A stretch of 64,000 bases of DNA from Dictyostelium discoideum (taxonomy: Eukaryota), in contig CM000151.3 of NCBI GenBank assembly GCA_000004695.1, positions 384,001 to 448,000 on the forward strand, in the 5' to 3' direction. How positions within the stretch are numbered: position 1 is the stretch's first letter; each line of letters starts with the position of its first letter. Positions 1 to 19,991 of the stretch are shown one piece after another. The notes below the pieces were generated by a model that did no database searches, was not told the origin of the DNA, and saw only the letters and a list, made by a program, of their open reading frames with translations. A program made the position numbers and the translations under genes.

Positions 1-873
1 TAGGAAGTCTATTTTCTTAAGCATTATGCTTGAGAGGATTGAGGATTTTTTTAATCTCCATCTGCGCTTGTTCATCTGTATGTTGGGTAGAGTGAAAGTG
101 GTTGATAGGAAGTTGTGATCTGATAGAGGTATGTCGTTAATTTTTGGGGGGATTAGGTTCCTTAAGTATAATTGGCTGTAGTTGATTAAGCTATTGTTAA
201 GGTATATTCTGTCTAGTCTCCTTTCCAAGATTCTTGTGAGGTTATTGTTTGTGTTGTGTATCGTTCTTGAGAAGGTGGGTCTTTTATTTAGTTGGTCCAT
301 ATCCATTAGGTTATTTGAAATTCTGATGGCTTCGATTACTGTGGCCATCTCATCTGGGGATTGTGTTGTCAGGTTGCCTTGGTCATCATTTGATGTGTGA
401 TTGTCATTGAAGTCTAAACAGTTGAAGTCGCCTGCTATGATGTCGATGTTTTTATTAGGGTTAGACGTTAGGTTGTGGTATTGGTTGTTGAAGTGTTTAT
501 TTAGTGTTGATGCTAGTGTTTTTCTTTTATCAGGTTGGGCCGGGGCGTATATGGCCAAGATTCTCGTTGTGGTATCTTTTATTAGAATGTCTGATATTAT
601 TAGTCTACCTTCTATTATGAATATTGGTGAGAGTTTTATGTTTTGGTTGTTGTGGTTTAGTATTCCTATTCCGTTGCCTCTGTTGGTTGCGCTAATGATG
701 GAGCCAGGAAATAGCTGGTGTGCTTGTGTTGCGTCGGCGTTGAGTTCATTGACTATGGTTAGTGCCAATGAGTTTGGGGGGGATTGGGATTTGATAAAGT
801 CTGTTTTGTTTTTGAAGGAGGTGTCAGTACCCCAACCTCTGACATTCCATTGGTTGATTTTGATTACTACCAT
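1..873 (-). CDS. Retrotransposon ORF2, N-terminal AP-endonuclease domain; partial, continues beyond position 1
   Basis: Hand translation of the minus strand from ATG (plus 873-871) gives MVVIKINQWNVRGWGTDTSFKNKTDFIKSQS... with no stop codon seen through the first ~290 codons. The track shows no ORF here because the ORF is open-ended. The plus-strand ORFs 182-883 are hydrophobic antisense artefacts. Confidence 0.65.
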   Translation of the reverse strand, partial: MVVIKINQWNVRGWGTDTSFKNKTDFIKSQSPPNSLALTIVNELNADATQAHQLFPGSIISATNRGNGIGILNHNNQNIKLSPIFIIEGRLIISDILIKDTTTRILAIYAPAQPDKRKTLASTLNKHFNNQYHNLTSNPNKNIDIIAGDFNCLDFNDNHTSNDDQGNLTTQSPDEMATVIEAIRISNNLMDMDQLNKRPTFSRTIHNTNNNLTRILERRLDRIYLNNSLINYSQLYLRNLIPPKINDIPLSDHNFLSTTFTLPNIQMNKRRWRLKKSSILSSIMLKKIDFL

Positions 874-1730
874 TATGAGATGATATCGATCTCCTCTTGG
901 GAGTCGTATAGCTGCGGTTTGGATGGTGAAGGGTAGATACTCTCTATGAAGCTCTCAATGATTCCTTTCCTTTCTTTATTGACAGGTGTCTTAGGGGTGG
1001 ATGGGATGTAAGGGTTGCTTCTGTTTATTGTTGGTGAGAGTTGGGTGACCTCGTTGTTTGAGTGGATTTCCTCGTTCTTGCGTTTATGTGATGGAGGGAT
1101 GTTTGGTGTCTTCTCTCTGTTTTCCGAGGATGAATGGATGTTAGTGCTCGTTTTGTTGGTATTGTCTTTTTGGATGGCGTTGGATGTTGTGGTAGTGGTT
1201 GTGGTGGGTTTGACAGATTGAGATTCTGCTTGGTTTTTGGGGGGAAGAGGTTGAGAGGACTTTTTTGATTGGGCTTTTTTCTCTTGGGTTGATTGTTTAT
1301 CAGACTGATTGTTTGCTGGGTCATTTGTTTGTTGTTGTGGTTTTGGTTGAGAGGATTTGATTGCTATCCTGTTTTGGGTGTTGGGAGGATCATCTGTCAT
1401 CTCATCTTCTAATGGTTCTTCCGTGTTGTTTGACTCTACTTTCTTATTTTTCTTTTGTGAGGAGTAGGTTTTGGTGGCCGTTCTGATGGTAAAGTTGGCG
1501 ATTTCTGTATTGTGTTGGCCAGATTTCATTTGATCGCCTATTTTGCATTCTATTAGACCGAATACTAGGAGGTGGTAGGTGGAGTATGTAGTATGGTATA
1601 TTGCATAGGGTATTTCTTCTGCAAAGGCAGTTTTGATGAGGGCGTCCACTATTCCTGCCTTTTCTTTTGGAATTCTTACTCTTCCTGTGAGGACGTGGTA
1701 GTCTCTACTGGAGGTGATGAAAGTTCCCAA
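873..1730 (-). CDS. Retrotransposon ORF1, C-terminal part (Thr/Gln/Asn-rich, basic)
   Basis: 285-aa minus-strand ORF with GC-richer codon usage. It ends 1 nt overlapping the ORF2 start. It is in a different frame from the upstream 120-aa ORF, so ORF1 looks split by a frameshift. Confidence 0.5.
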   Translation of the reverse strand: MGTFITSSRDYHVLTGRVRIPKEKAGIVDALIKTAFAEEIPYAIYHTTYSTYHLLVFGLIECKIGDQMKSGQHNTEIANFTIRTATKTYSSQKKNKKVESNNTEEPLEDEMTDDPPNTQNRIAIKSSQPKPQQQTNDPANNQSDKQSTQEKKAQSKKSSQPLPPKNQAESQSVKPTTTTTTTSNAIQKDNTNKTSTNIHSSSENREKTPNIPPSHKRKNEEIHSNNEVTQLSPTINRSNPYIPSTPKTPVNKERKGIIESFIESIYPSPSKPQLYDSQEEIDIIS

Positions 1731-1753
1731 TTTGCTTCTATCTCTAATGATAT

Positions 1754-2116
1754 TTAGGAGAGATTGTCGTTTTTAATCATCAGGTGTATCATTTTTCTAG
1801 TTCCTTTGCCTATGTATATCTTGTCGATTGGGATATCGTAGTTTGAGAGTGTTTTTCTCATTTCTTCTAACCCCATGAGATCCATTTTGGGGAATTCGAG
1901 TGTAATTGGGTAGAATCCGTTGTTTTTCTCGTAGGTTGAGAGCGCAGTCATGTTCAATATGGTCTCGCAGTATTTGGAGATGTCTTTGAGGCCTATTGAT
2001 AATTTGGGGTAGGTCTCCTTTATCTCTGCTGTTTTTGTGGAGAATTCCTTAATGAAGTTCTCTGATGCCTCGTCCATATGGGGGGCCATTTTAGCCGCGT
2101 CTGCGTAGGAATTCAT
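1754..2116 (-). CDS. Retrotransposon ORF1, N-terminal part, separated from the 285-aa ORF by a frameshift/stop
   Basis: 120-aa minus-strand ORF immediately upstream of 873-1730. (2116-1730) mod 3 = 2, so the two are in different frames. This suggests a degenerate ORF1 or a programmed frameshift. Confidence 0.45.
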   Translation of the reverse strand: MNSYADAAKMAPHMDEASENFIKEFSTKTAEIKETYPKLSIGLKDISKYCETILNMTALSTYEKNNGFYPITLEFPKMDLMGLEEMRKTLSNYDIPIDKIYIGKGTRKMIHLMIKNDNLS

Positions 2117-2241
2117 CTCGATGGGATTCCTTTGAATCGGCGATTTGGTAAGTTAGATCTGTAGATCGTGGTGGATTGGTGATTTTTTTTGAAAGATTGG
2201 TTAAAATTGACCGAGATTAAGGATAGAAAAGGATGAATTAC

Positions 2242-2359
2242 TTTTCACGTGTATCTTGTATCCTCTTGATCGCGGTACGGTTTTTTTTTCTCTTTTTATT
2301 GAAGTAACATTTTTCACGTGTATCTTGTATCCTCTTGATCGCGGTACGGTTTTTTTTTT
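2242..2359. repeat. Two 48-bp direct repeats at the 5' end of the TRE3-like element, separated by about 21 bp
   Basis: ttttcacgtgtatcttgtatcctcttgatcgcggtacggttttttttt occurs at 2242-2289 and again at 2311-2359. This resembles the repeated 5' modules of Dictyostelium TRE elements. Confidence 0.7.
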
Positions 2360-2365
2360 AAGTTT

Positions 2366-2397
<32 letters not shown>

Positions 2398-2406
2398 CAG
2401 CAACTT

Positions 2407-2411
2407 AAAAA
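2407..2411 (-). terminator. Pol III terminator (TTTTT) directly 3' of tRNA-Val
   Basis: Minus strand reads ...CTCTGAATA C TTTTT AAG, with the T-run immediately after the discriminator base. Confidence 0.7.
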
Positions 2412-2412
2412 G

Positions 2413-2486
2413 TATTCAGAGCGGGAATCGAACCCACGACCTAATCCGTGTTAAGGATTCGTGATAACCGACTACACCATCCGAAC
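2413..2486 (-). tRNA. tRNA-Val(AAC): tRNA-Val (anticodon AAC)
   Basis: Reverse complement is GTTCGGATGGTGTAGTCGGTTATCACGAATCCTTAACACGGATTAGGTCGTGGGTTCGATTCCCGCTCTGAATA. It has the canonical B box GGTTCGATTCC and an A box TGTAGTCGG. The anticodon stem AATCC/GGATT carries the loop TTAACAC, giving anticodon AAC. Acceptor stem is 7 bp and the discriminator is A. Confidence 0.85.
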
Positions 2487-2514
2487 TAATCTATAAAAAT
2501 TATTTTTAAACCGT

Positions 2515-2782
2515 TGTAATAAAGCTTGTTAGCTTTATAAATATATATAATTAATAATTATATAATTGAATAATACTTTGTTATCTTTATTTAATATTAA
2601 TTTATATTTATAATATTCAATATTGTTTATAAAATTATTCTTTAGTATTTATATTATTTATAATGAGTTGACAGTATTATTATTATTATTATTATTATAT
2701 TATTTAAATGTGTGTCAACTATAATTAGTAATGTAATATGCATATTTAATATCTATTAATTTTATAGAGTAACTTTATTACA
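2515..2782 (-). repeat. 3' LTR (268 bp) with terminal inverted repeat TGTAATAAAG...CTTTATTACA
   Basis: Near-identical to 4887-5154. It starts TG and ends CA, with the PPT adjacent on the minus strand. Confidence 0.85.
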
Positions 2783-3379
2783 TATCCCCCCCTTTTAGTT
2801 GAAAAAAATTTTTCAATCTTTTAATATAAAACACATCATGATTTTTAATATTATCCAATACTAATTTGAATTTTAAATCGCTAACTCTCTCATGTACTTT
2901 GAAAAGACCTTCCCAAGATTTATTGAGCTTTACTGGACCAACAGTGGATTGTAAATAGACATAATCTCCTACTTGAATATTTGAACGAGAAACTTTTTTA
3001 TTAATTTGTGATAATTGGTCTTTACCAAGATTATCCTTAATGAGACAAGGACGTTTGAGGTTATTATTTACAATTTGGGCGAAATTATGAGCAAAATCTA
3101 ATCTTGATAAATTTGTACATGGATTTCTTATTAATGGTTGAATTGAGGTTATTTGTGATTTAATTATTGAATTCTCTGTTTGATTTAATGATATTGATTT
3201 TAATGGTAAATTTGATGTTATTGGTGAATCTATTGGTTCTTGGAATAAGAATTCTGGAATATCGTAATCTATTGGTAGTTGTTCTTCAATAGTTGGATAC
3301 GATTTGATTGATAGTATATGATGAGAATTAAAATTTTCAATTAAATGATCAGTATCTGTTAATAATTCTGATTTTGATG

Positions 3380-3410
<31 letters not shown>

Positions 3411-4705
3411 TGAATAATCAGATACTGTTTTAAATATAGTTTGTATACATGGTTGGGTTTCTTTAGATATTAATTTGGTACCAACATTGAATTCAAGATT
3501 CTTAATGATCATTTCTTTAAAATCAATGACTAAATTTAATCCAATTATTGTATCAATGCCAAATATACAATCAATTGATGTATCATTATCTTTAACAACA
3601 TTAACTTTAACTCTAGCGAATGCTTTACCTAATTTAATTGTTGTGTTACTTATTCCAATGATTTTGATTTCATTATTTGATGCTGATTTAACAGAATATT
3701 GTTTATTTTCAATCTTTAATTTTAACTTTTTAGCAATACTTTCCCAAACAATAGTAAGTGATGAACCAGTATCAATCAAACCTCTAACATTTTTATTATT
3801 TATTAATAAAGCTGCATTCATACTATCTATTCCAATTGAATTAATTGTACTATTATTAACCATTGTAATTGCATTAGTGCTATGATTATTATATGATTGT
3901 TTATTCTCATTATAATTATTCTTTTTATCTTTAGACCAACACTCTTGAATTACATGACCTTTCTTTTTGCAATATTTACAAAATTTTGTGATTGAATTTA
4001 CTTGATTTTGTGGTGCTTTATAAGGGGATGATTGTGGTGACATTTGTGGTGATCGATTATAATATTGATTTTTAAAAATTGGTGTTGAAATTTCTTCAGA
4101 TTCAATTGATTGTTGTTCGTTTTGAGATGTAACATATTGAGGGGATGTTGCAGAATAACCAGAACCCGAACCTAGATATCTTTGATTACCAAATTCTTGC
4201 AACGTCTTTGCAACTAATTGACCAGTGTACATTGATCTACCTTTGATACGAATTGAACCATCTTCACAAGACTTTGCAATATCTATTGCTCTTTTTAATG
4301 ATTTTGGTGCACATTTTGTAATTTCAATACCCAATTCAGTACCAACAGCTGAATAAAACAATTGTATTTTAAACTTTTCTGAAATATCAACTGCTGAACA
4401 TTTTGATAGAAATTTACCAATTAATATATCTAATGTATTGTATTTATATTCTCCCAACTTTGTTAATTCTGTTAAATCATCACTATCACCAATATCAAAA
4501 GCATCTTTAAGATCTTCAATTATCTCCATTGCTGTTAAGTCTGTATCCAATGTTGCGGCATATTCCAATGCATTGTTTCTTAGTTTTCTAATAATATCAG
4601 CTTTCGATATTTCCTCGCCATGAATTAGTAAGAGTAAGTGTTTGAATTTACGAAATGATAAACCTTTTCCATCACCCGAAAAAATTACGTTTTCATTATT
4701 ACTCA

Positions 4706-4706
<1 letters not shown>
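2778..4706 (-). CDS. Gag-Pro polyprotein of the LTR element: capsid-like region, CCHC zinc knuckle, retroviral-type aspartic protease
   Basis: Contains CKYCKKKGHVIQECWSKD (Cx2Cx4Hx4C) and LIDTGSSLTIVW (the D-T/S-G active site of retropepsin). The ORF end runs through the PPT into the LTR edge. This fits an internal deletion that fuses the truncated pol to the LTR. Confidence 0.75.
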
Positions 4707-4776
<70 letters not shown>

Positions 4777-4886
4777 TATTAAATTAAATTTAATCTAATG
4801 TAAAATTTTAATTGATTGAATAATTTGATAACTTTATATTTATAGTATATTTTTTTTTTTTTTTTTTGAAAGACGATGTCGCCAAA

Positions 4887-5154
4887 TGTAATAAAGCTTG
4901 TTAGCTTTATAAATATATATAATTAATAATTATATAATTGAATAATACTTTGTTATCTTTATTTAATATTAATTTATATTTATAATATTCAATATTGTTT
5001 ATAAAATTATTCTTTAGTATTTATATTATTTATAATGAGTTGACAGTATTATTATTATTATTATTATTATATTATTTAAATGTGTGTCAACTATAATTAG
5101 TAATGTAATATGCATATTTAATATCTATTAATTTTATAGAGTAACTTTATTACA
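4887..5154 (-). repeat. 5' LTR (268 bp) of the same element
   Basis: Direct repeat of 2515-2782. A putative PBS TTTGGCGACATCGTC lies immediately internal on the minus strand (plus 4870-4886). Confidence 0.85.
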
Positions 5155-5412
5155 CCGTAATAATTATTAAAAATAGTTTAAAAGAATCATCCAAGTTGGC
5201 ACTTTTTTGTAATTACAAAAATTATATATGGGGACTCATATAAAATAATATGAACAATTTTGAAAAGTGCACTTAGATAGTTTTTATAATAACTAAATTT
5301 TTTTTTTTTTTTTTTGAGATATTTCATTATTTCCGAAATAATTTTTAAAATAAATTTTTTTTTTTTTTTTTCTTTTTTAAAAAAAAAACAATGGATAGAG
5401 ATAAAAATTATA

Positions 5413-8448
<3,036 letters not shown>

Positions 8449-8645
8449 TAATAATAGTTACTGAAAAAAAAAAAAAAAAAAAAAAAAAATTTATCTTTTT
8501 ATTTAAATAGGCGAACAACAAATTAAAAATAAATTTATCATTGATGTAATAATAAATAAATAATTAAATGAATTAATAAATAAATTAATAAATTAATAAA
8601 TAAATAAATAAAATAATTGTGTTTCTCTTGTGGTTAGTTCTACTA

Positions 8646-8700
<55 letters not shown>

Positions 8701-9192
8701 TTAAAAAAGTTTAAAACCTAAAAAAAGTTGAGAGTATATAAATAAATAAATAAATAAAAAAATAAATAAAAAAATAAATAAATAAATAAAAAAAATAAAA
8801 AATAAATAAATAAAAAAATAAATAAAAAAATAAATAAAAATAAAAAATAAAAAGGATATTAACTTTTTTTATTTTAGAAAATTGACGACGTGAAACATTG
8901 TTGAAAAAAAAAAAAAAAAATGAAAATCTAATTTAAAAATTTTTATCAATAATTATTTGCATTTTCCCAACACTCTCAAAACAGGTTCTACAAATAAATC
9001 CTCATTCTTTCTCGTTTTTTATTAAAATTAATTTTTTTTTTTGAATTTAATTAAATTTTTTTGTTAATTTTTGCAACATTAAGGAAACCAACGTTTTTAA
9101 AAAAATTTTTCAAAAAAAAAAACTTGAAAAAATAAAAAAAAAATATTAAATAAAGCAAAAAATTTTTTTTTTAATCACCATTGTAAAAAACA

Positions 9193-12354
<3,162 letters not shown>

Positions 12355-12819
12355 CTAATTTTTAAATAAATTTAATAAATAATAATAAATAATTGTTTTT
12401 TAAAATTATGATAATTTATTATAAATTGATACAAAATAGAATAACCTTTGGCATTGTAATTTATTGGATAATAGTTTGAGTTCTATAGAATTGTAATATT
12501 TGTACTATTTGATTTACCAAATTGTTGAACTTATGACTTTGAAAATTTGATACTCAATATCCTCAGATATATAATCTGATTTTCTAGCTTTTAATCTTTT
12601 TCTTTATATTTTTTTAAATTTTTTTTTTTTTTTAAAATTTTTTTAGTTTTTGATTGATTATTATCATTATTAAATAATTTATATAAATTAAATATTAAAT
12701 GATTAATTTTTTTTTTTTTTTTTAACAAAACCTCGGAACTTAAGAAATTTGCCGAGTTTCACATATGACCCTTTTTTTTTTTTTTTTTTTTTGATTTTTT
12801 TTTTTGTCAATTTGTTTTT

Positions 12820-12850
<31 letters not shown>

Positions 12851-12913
12851 TTTTGATTTTTTTTTGATTTTTTTTTTTGTAGGAAATAAAGATTTTCTTA
12901 ATTTATTTCCAAA

Positions 12914-15967
<3,054 letters not shown>

Positions 15968-16124
15968 AAAATTAGGACTACACTTTCAATTTGATAAATA
16001 AAAATAAAAATAAAAATTTATGTTTTAATTTAAATAGGTTAACAGTGAATTATAAAATAAATAATTTAATAAATAAACAATTGTTTCATCAAATTGGTTT
16101 CTTTATTATTAATCACTCAAAAAT

Positions 16125-16159
<35 letters not shown>

Positions 16160-16223
16160 TAAATTTTATTTATTTTAGTTTTGGTGAATGAGTTTAAACC
16201 AAATTTGTGAGAAACTGTTTCAA

Positions 16224-17250
16224 ATGGAAAGTCTTCTGATTGATTAACTTGTTTATGGTGATATGGAATAACCATTTGAACACAATATGATCTTTTAATG
16301 CATATTTAACATTTTCAACTGTAGCAGTATCGTTGCAATCTTAGTTTCATTTGATGTAATAACATGGCACCTTGTAACAATTGTTCACCTGATTCTTCTT
16401 TACCATTATTATTCTTATTGGTCAAGCATATATTAATATATAGGTTCCATTGCCACCAGTTGTTGAAGTTGTGATGGTTTGTGATAAGTTGGAACACCTC
16501 TTAAGAAAAATGGAATGTTTGCCATACCCATTTCTCTTTGATTGCATTTGGCCATCTTTGTTTTCATCATTGAATAAAATGAATCTATTCCATTTACATG
16601 TTGTAGTTTGCGTTATTGGTGGGAGTTTTGTTCTTGTGTTTGTGCTACTAGTAGTTGTTATGTGATGAGTGTTGTTGTTGTTGTAGATGAGATGTTATTG
16701 AAATAGTTTAAGGAATTGGCTGGTTTGTATTTGTCTATTGGAATATCAGCTTCAACACAATAATCACTTGGTGCTGCAACATATTCGAATTGATATTTAC
16801 CATCTGCTCTCGATTTGGTATTTCATTTCCATATTTATCAGTTAATCGTAATATCTGATAATGATGGTGAATTATCAGTACGTTTGCCAGTGTTAAACGA
16901 ATCTAACCAAACATTATCACCAACATTGTATGAGTCATAAATTCAAACAATATTTGACATCTGATTGGAATGGAGAGTCTTCTGATTGTTTATTACGTAG
17001 TGAAATAACCATTTGAACACAATATGATTCTGGTACTTTATCTTTTAATGCGTATTTACCATTTCATCTGTAACAGAATATCGCTGCGATCTTTGTTCCA
17101 TATGATGATGATGATGATGTAATAACAACATGAACACACCTGATTTTAACAGTTCATATGATTCTTCTTTACAATTGTTTTTCGTATCGACCATTTGGTT
17201 GTTGTTGTTGTTTCTAATACACTATCATTTGAAACGAGTAATGATAACTC
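16224..17250. repeat. Tandem ~740-bp direct repeat (copy 2 truncated), GC-richer, carrying degenerate coding-like sequence on the minus strand
   Basis: gga(a/g)agtcttctgattg and aaccatttgaacacaatatgat...ttttaatgc(a/g)tatttaac recur at ~16224 and ~16962. The minus strand gives short clean peptide stretches (DCNDTATVENVKYALKDHIVFKWLFHI; NGKYALKDKVPESYCVQMV; GKYQFEYVAAPSDYCVEADIP) interrupted by stops. It looks like a decayed, internally repetitive pseudogene. Confidence 0.5.
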
Positions 17251-17332
17251 TACACCTGGTAAGAATTGATTATTTTAATATTTAATTTTTTTTTTTATTT
17301 TTTTTAAATTTTTTTTTTTTTTAAGCACCGAA

Positions 17333-19230
17333 ATGGATAGAGATAAAAAATAAAAATATGGAAAATAATAATAATAATTTAGAAGATATTGAAACATTTA
17401 TTGACGAGAGTAATGAAATATTATTTTGGAAATTATTTAGAAATAATAATAATAATTTTGAAGATAATGAAACATGTATTTACGAGAATAATAATGAAAT
17501 ATTATTTTGGAAATTATTTAGAAACATAGTAATTTATAAAAAGATATTCTCATTTATGGATAGTCGATTCTCAATTAATTATGATTCAATGTCATCAATA
17601 TCAAATCTTATAAACAATAATCATTTCAATATAATAAAAGAAAAAGTATATAGAAATTGTAGATATTTACACTATACTTCAAATAATTGTAAAATAGAAC
17701 CTTCTTTGTTATTTGTTAAATTATTTTCAAATATTAAAGATGATGATTATAGATTATATAGAAACTTTTTAAATAGTGATAATTGCTATTATGATTCACA
17801 TTCAACTATATCAAAAGCATTAATTTTATCAAAGAAATTAGAAATAAATAAATTATATATAAATGAATTCGATTATAAACCAACAGAAACAGATCTTTTT
17901 TATTCAATTATAATAGGTTCAAATAAATTCATTAAATATATATTAGAAAATTAGGATATAAAAAATTAATAATCGATATATATAAATCATATTATTATCC
18001 AATTGAAAAAATTAAAATTTTCAAAGGATTGTTATGTTTTTTTAATATCATTGATGATCATAGTTATGAAGGTTATGAAAAGAATCATCATCAAATAGCA
18101 ATAGATGACCTCGTTTATTCTTTTACTAATAATCCATATGCTATCGATAAAGATCCTGGTTTTAATGAAACTCAACATTGAAAACATTAATCTCAATTTG
18201 TAAATTAATATTATTATTAAAGAAATCAATTGACAATGAAATAACATTGATAAAAGATGGTTATGATGATGATGATGATGGTGGTGATGATAATAATGAT
18301 AAAAAAAAATTAAGAAAATCATTTAAATCAATTCCAATAACAATAACCATTCAAGAAATTGATAATTTCATTATTGAAAAAATAGATAAGCAAACTTTAA
18401 AATCAATATTAGATAGTCCAATAAATTATAATAATAATAGTAATATAGAAGTTAAATGTTTTATTAAGAAGTTATTAGATTTATATCATTCAGTATTTCA
18501 ATATATACAAATAGATTTATATTTATGTTAATATGATTATGATGATGGCGTTTTAGATTACAATGATATTGTGAGTAATAAATATAAAGTTGCTTTTAAA
18601 TTTGGTAATTTCCAATTGTTACAAGGTGAGGATTTAGTTACTATCAATTATTACCAAACAAGTCTGTTAATTTTACCCATAATCCTCATTGGCAGAATGA
18701 CCCATTAAAAGAGAATTTTATAGTTTTATTCTCACATTGTTTTGATCAAAAGAAAAAGATTAAATTTATTGATCAATTGATTGAAATAAATACAAAAAAT
18801 CCAGATCCCAATTTTCAAAATCATTTCTTTTATATGCTTATAATGCATGGTGACATTGAATTATTAAAATACTTTTCAAATAAAGTTGGTACAACTTCAT
18901 TTTGTTTTTCCTTCATATGATTATATTATACCACCAACCTATTATATAGAATCAATAGAGATATTAGATTATTTATTTTATAATCATAGAGATTATTTAA
19001 TAGATCTGCAATTTCCAAATGGTTATTGCACATATTATAAAAGTTTACAATTATTACAACACTTTGAATCATTATTAGTTCAATATAAATCAGACAATCC
19101 ATCCATCATTGAATTTTGATTTCGTTTTCAAGGAGTCAGATGGTGGAATATTAACTTCTGACACTGAAACTGAAGTTAGAGAATTTCTTTCTGAATTTAT
19201 TACACTCCCAAAAAAATGAATTATGGCTCT
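17333..19230 (+). pseudogene. Member 4 of the SAP-like family, decayed by an early stop, frameshifts and internal deletions
   Basis: ATG GAT AGA GAT AAA AAA TAA (MDRDKK-stop) at 17333. Family-homologous ORF fragments follow in different frames: 17358-17954 (ILFWKLFRN, FSFMDSRF, NCRYL), 18178-18531 (TLISICKLIL, IQEIDNFIIEKIDKQTLKS), 18720-19119 (FSHCFDQKKKIKFIDQLIE, LLQHFESLL) and 19120-19230 (GGILTS...EFLSEFITLPK). Total span is about 1.9 kb against about 3 kb for the intact paralogs. Confidence 0.7.
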
Positions 19231-19903
19231 ATTCAAATGAAAGATTAAAATATTTTTTTAAAGATAACTTAAAATAATAATAATAATAATATTTAGAAAA
19301 AAGATAGAATAAAAAAATAAAGAATTTATGTTTTAATAAATGAAAAAAAAAATAAAAAATAAAAAATAAAAAATAAATAAAAAATTGTTTTTATGAAATA
19401 CAACTATAAATTTAATTGACCAAAAATTAGAATAAATGAAAAAAATAAAATAAAATAAAAATAATCGTTGTAATATAATTGTGTAAATAATAACAATTAT
19501 GTTTTAGAAAAAACTATTTTTATATTAAGATATTACTATACATAAAAATAGATAATATTATTTTAAAGAGAAAAAAAAAAAAATAAAAAAAAATAACAGT
19601 AATGATAACATTCATAGTGCAGTATCAAGATATTTGTATCAATTCAAAAAAAAAAAAAGATAATAAAAAAAAAAAAAAAAAAAAATGCCACGCTGGTTGA
19701 CCCGCCAAAATAAAAAGAAAATATCTTTTTTTTCGAAATCCTATTTTTAAAAAAAAAAAAAATAAAAAACAAATTAAAAAAGATTACACCACAAAAAATA
19801 TTTAAAAAATAAAATAAAAAAAAAAACAAAAATAAGAATTAATATTTTATTTTTATTTTTATATTATTTTTTTAATTACCTACTATTTTTTATTTGTATA
19901 AAA

Positions 19904-19934
19904 ATGAGTAACAACAGTAATAGTAATAATAGTA

Positions 19935-19991
<57 letters not shown>

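Larger units (their letters stand above)
1..2359 (-). mobile_element. 5' portion of a TRE3-like (tRNA-gene-targeted, 3'-side) non-LTR retrotransposon; oriented on the minus strand and runs off the window start
   Basis: GC content is clearly higher than the surrounding DNA. The minus strand carries ORF1 at 2116-873 followed by ORF2, which starts with ATG at 873-871 and overlaps the ORF1 TAA by 1 nt (TAATGG). ORF2 begins MVVIKINQWNVRGWGTDTSFKNKTDFIKSQS, an AP-endonuclease N-terminus typical of L1-like ORF2. Two 48-bp direct repeats sit at the element 5' end. The element begins about 50-60 bp 3' of the tRNA-Val gene, the documented TRE3 target position in Dictyostelium. Confidence 0.6.
2515..5154 (-). 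mobile_element. Internally deleted LTR retrotransposon (Ty3/gypsy, DGLT-A-like) inserted 28 bp upstream of tRNA-Val. It keeps gag-protease only, with no RT/RNaseH/integrase.
   Basis: Two identical-length 268-bp direct repeats (LTRs) flank a single 642-aa ORF that has a CCHC zinc knuckle and a DTG aspartic protease motif. It is flanked by a 4-bp direct duplication CCGT (2511-2514 and 5155-5158). A polypurine tract AAAAGGGGGGG sits just internal to the 3' LTR on the minus strand. Position 28 bp 5' of a tRNA gene matches the known DGLT-A target preference. Confidence 0.75.

Noticed and set aside
182-883. Plus-strand ORFs (72 aa and 160 aa) at the left edge
   Set aside because: They are hydrophobic nonsense peptides antisense to the clean APE-endonuclease reading frame of the retrotransposon ORF2, so they are artefacts.
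2361-2396. 36-nt poly-T run read as the poly(A) tail of a retroelement
   Set aside because: On the element's own (minus) strand the poly-A precedes the element 5' end rather than following a 3' UTR. It is more likely ordinary homopolymer spacer between the tRNA terminator and the element.
5314-5412. Track start of the first SAP-like ORF at 5314 with 'M'
   Set aside because: The track uses alternative initiation codons. The region is poly-A/T 5' UTR-like, and the first real ATG in frame is 5413. The conserved MDRDK ATG at 5392 is out of frame.
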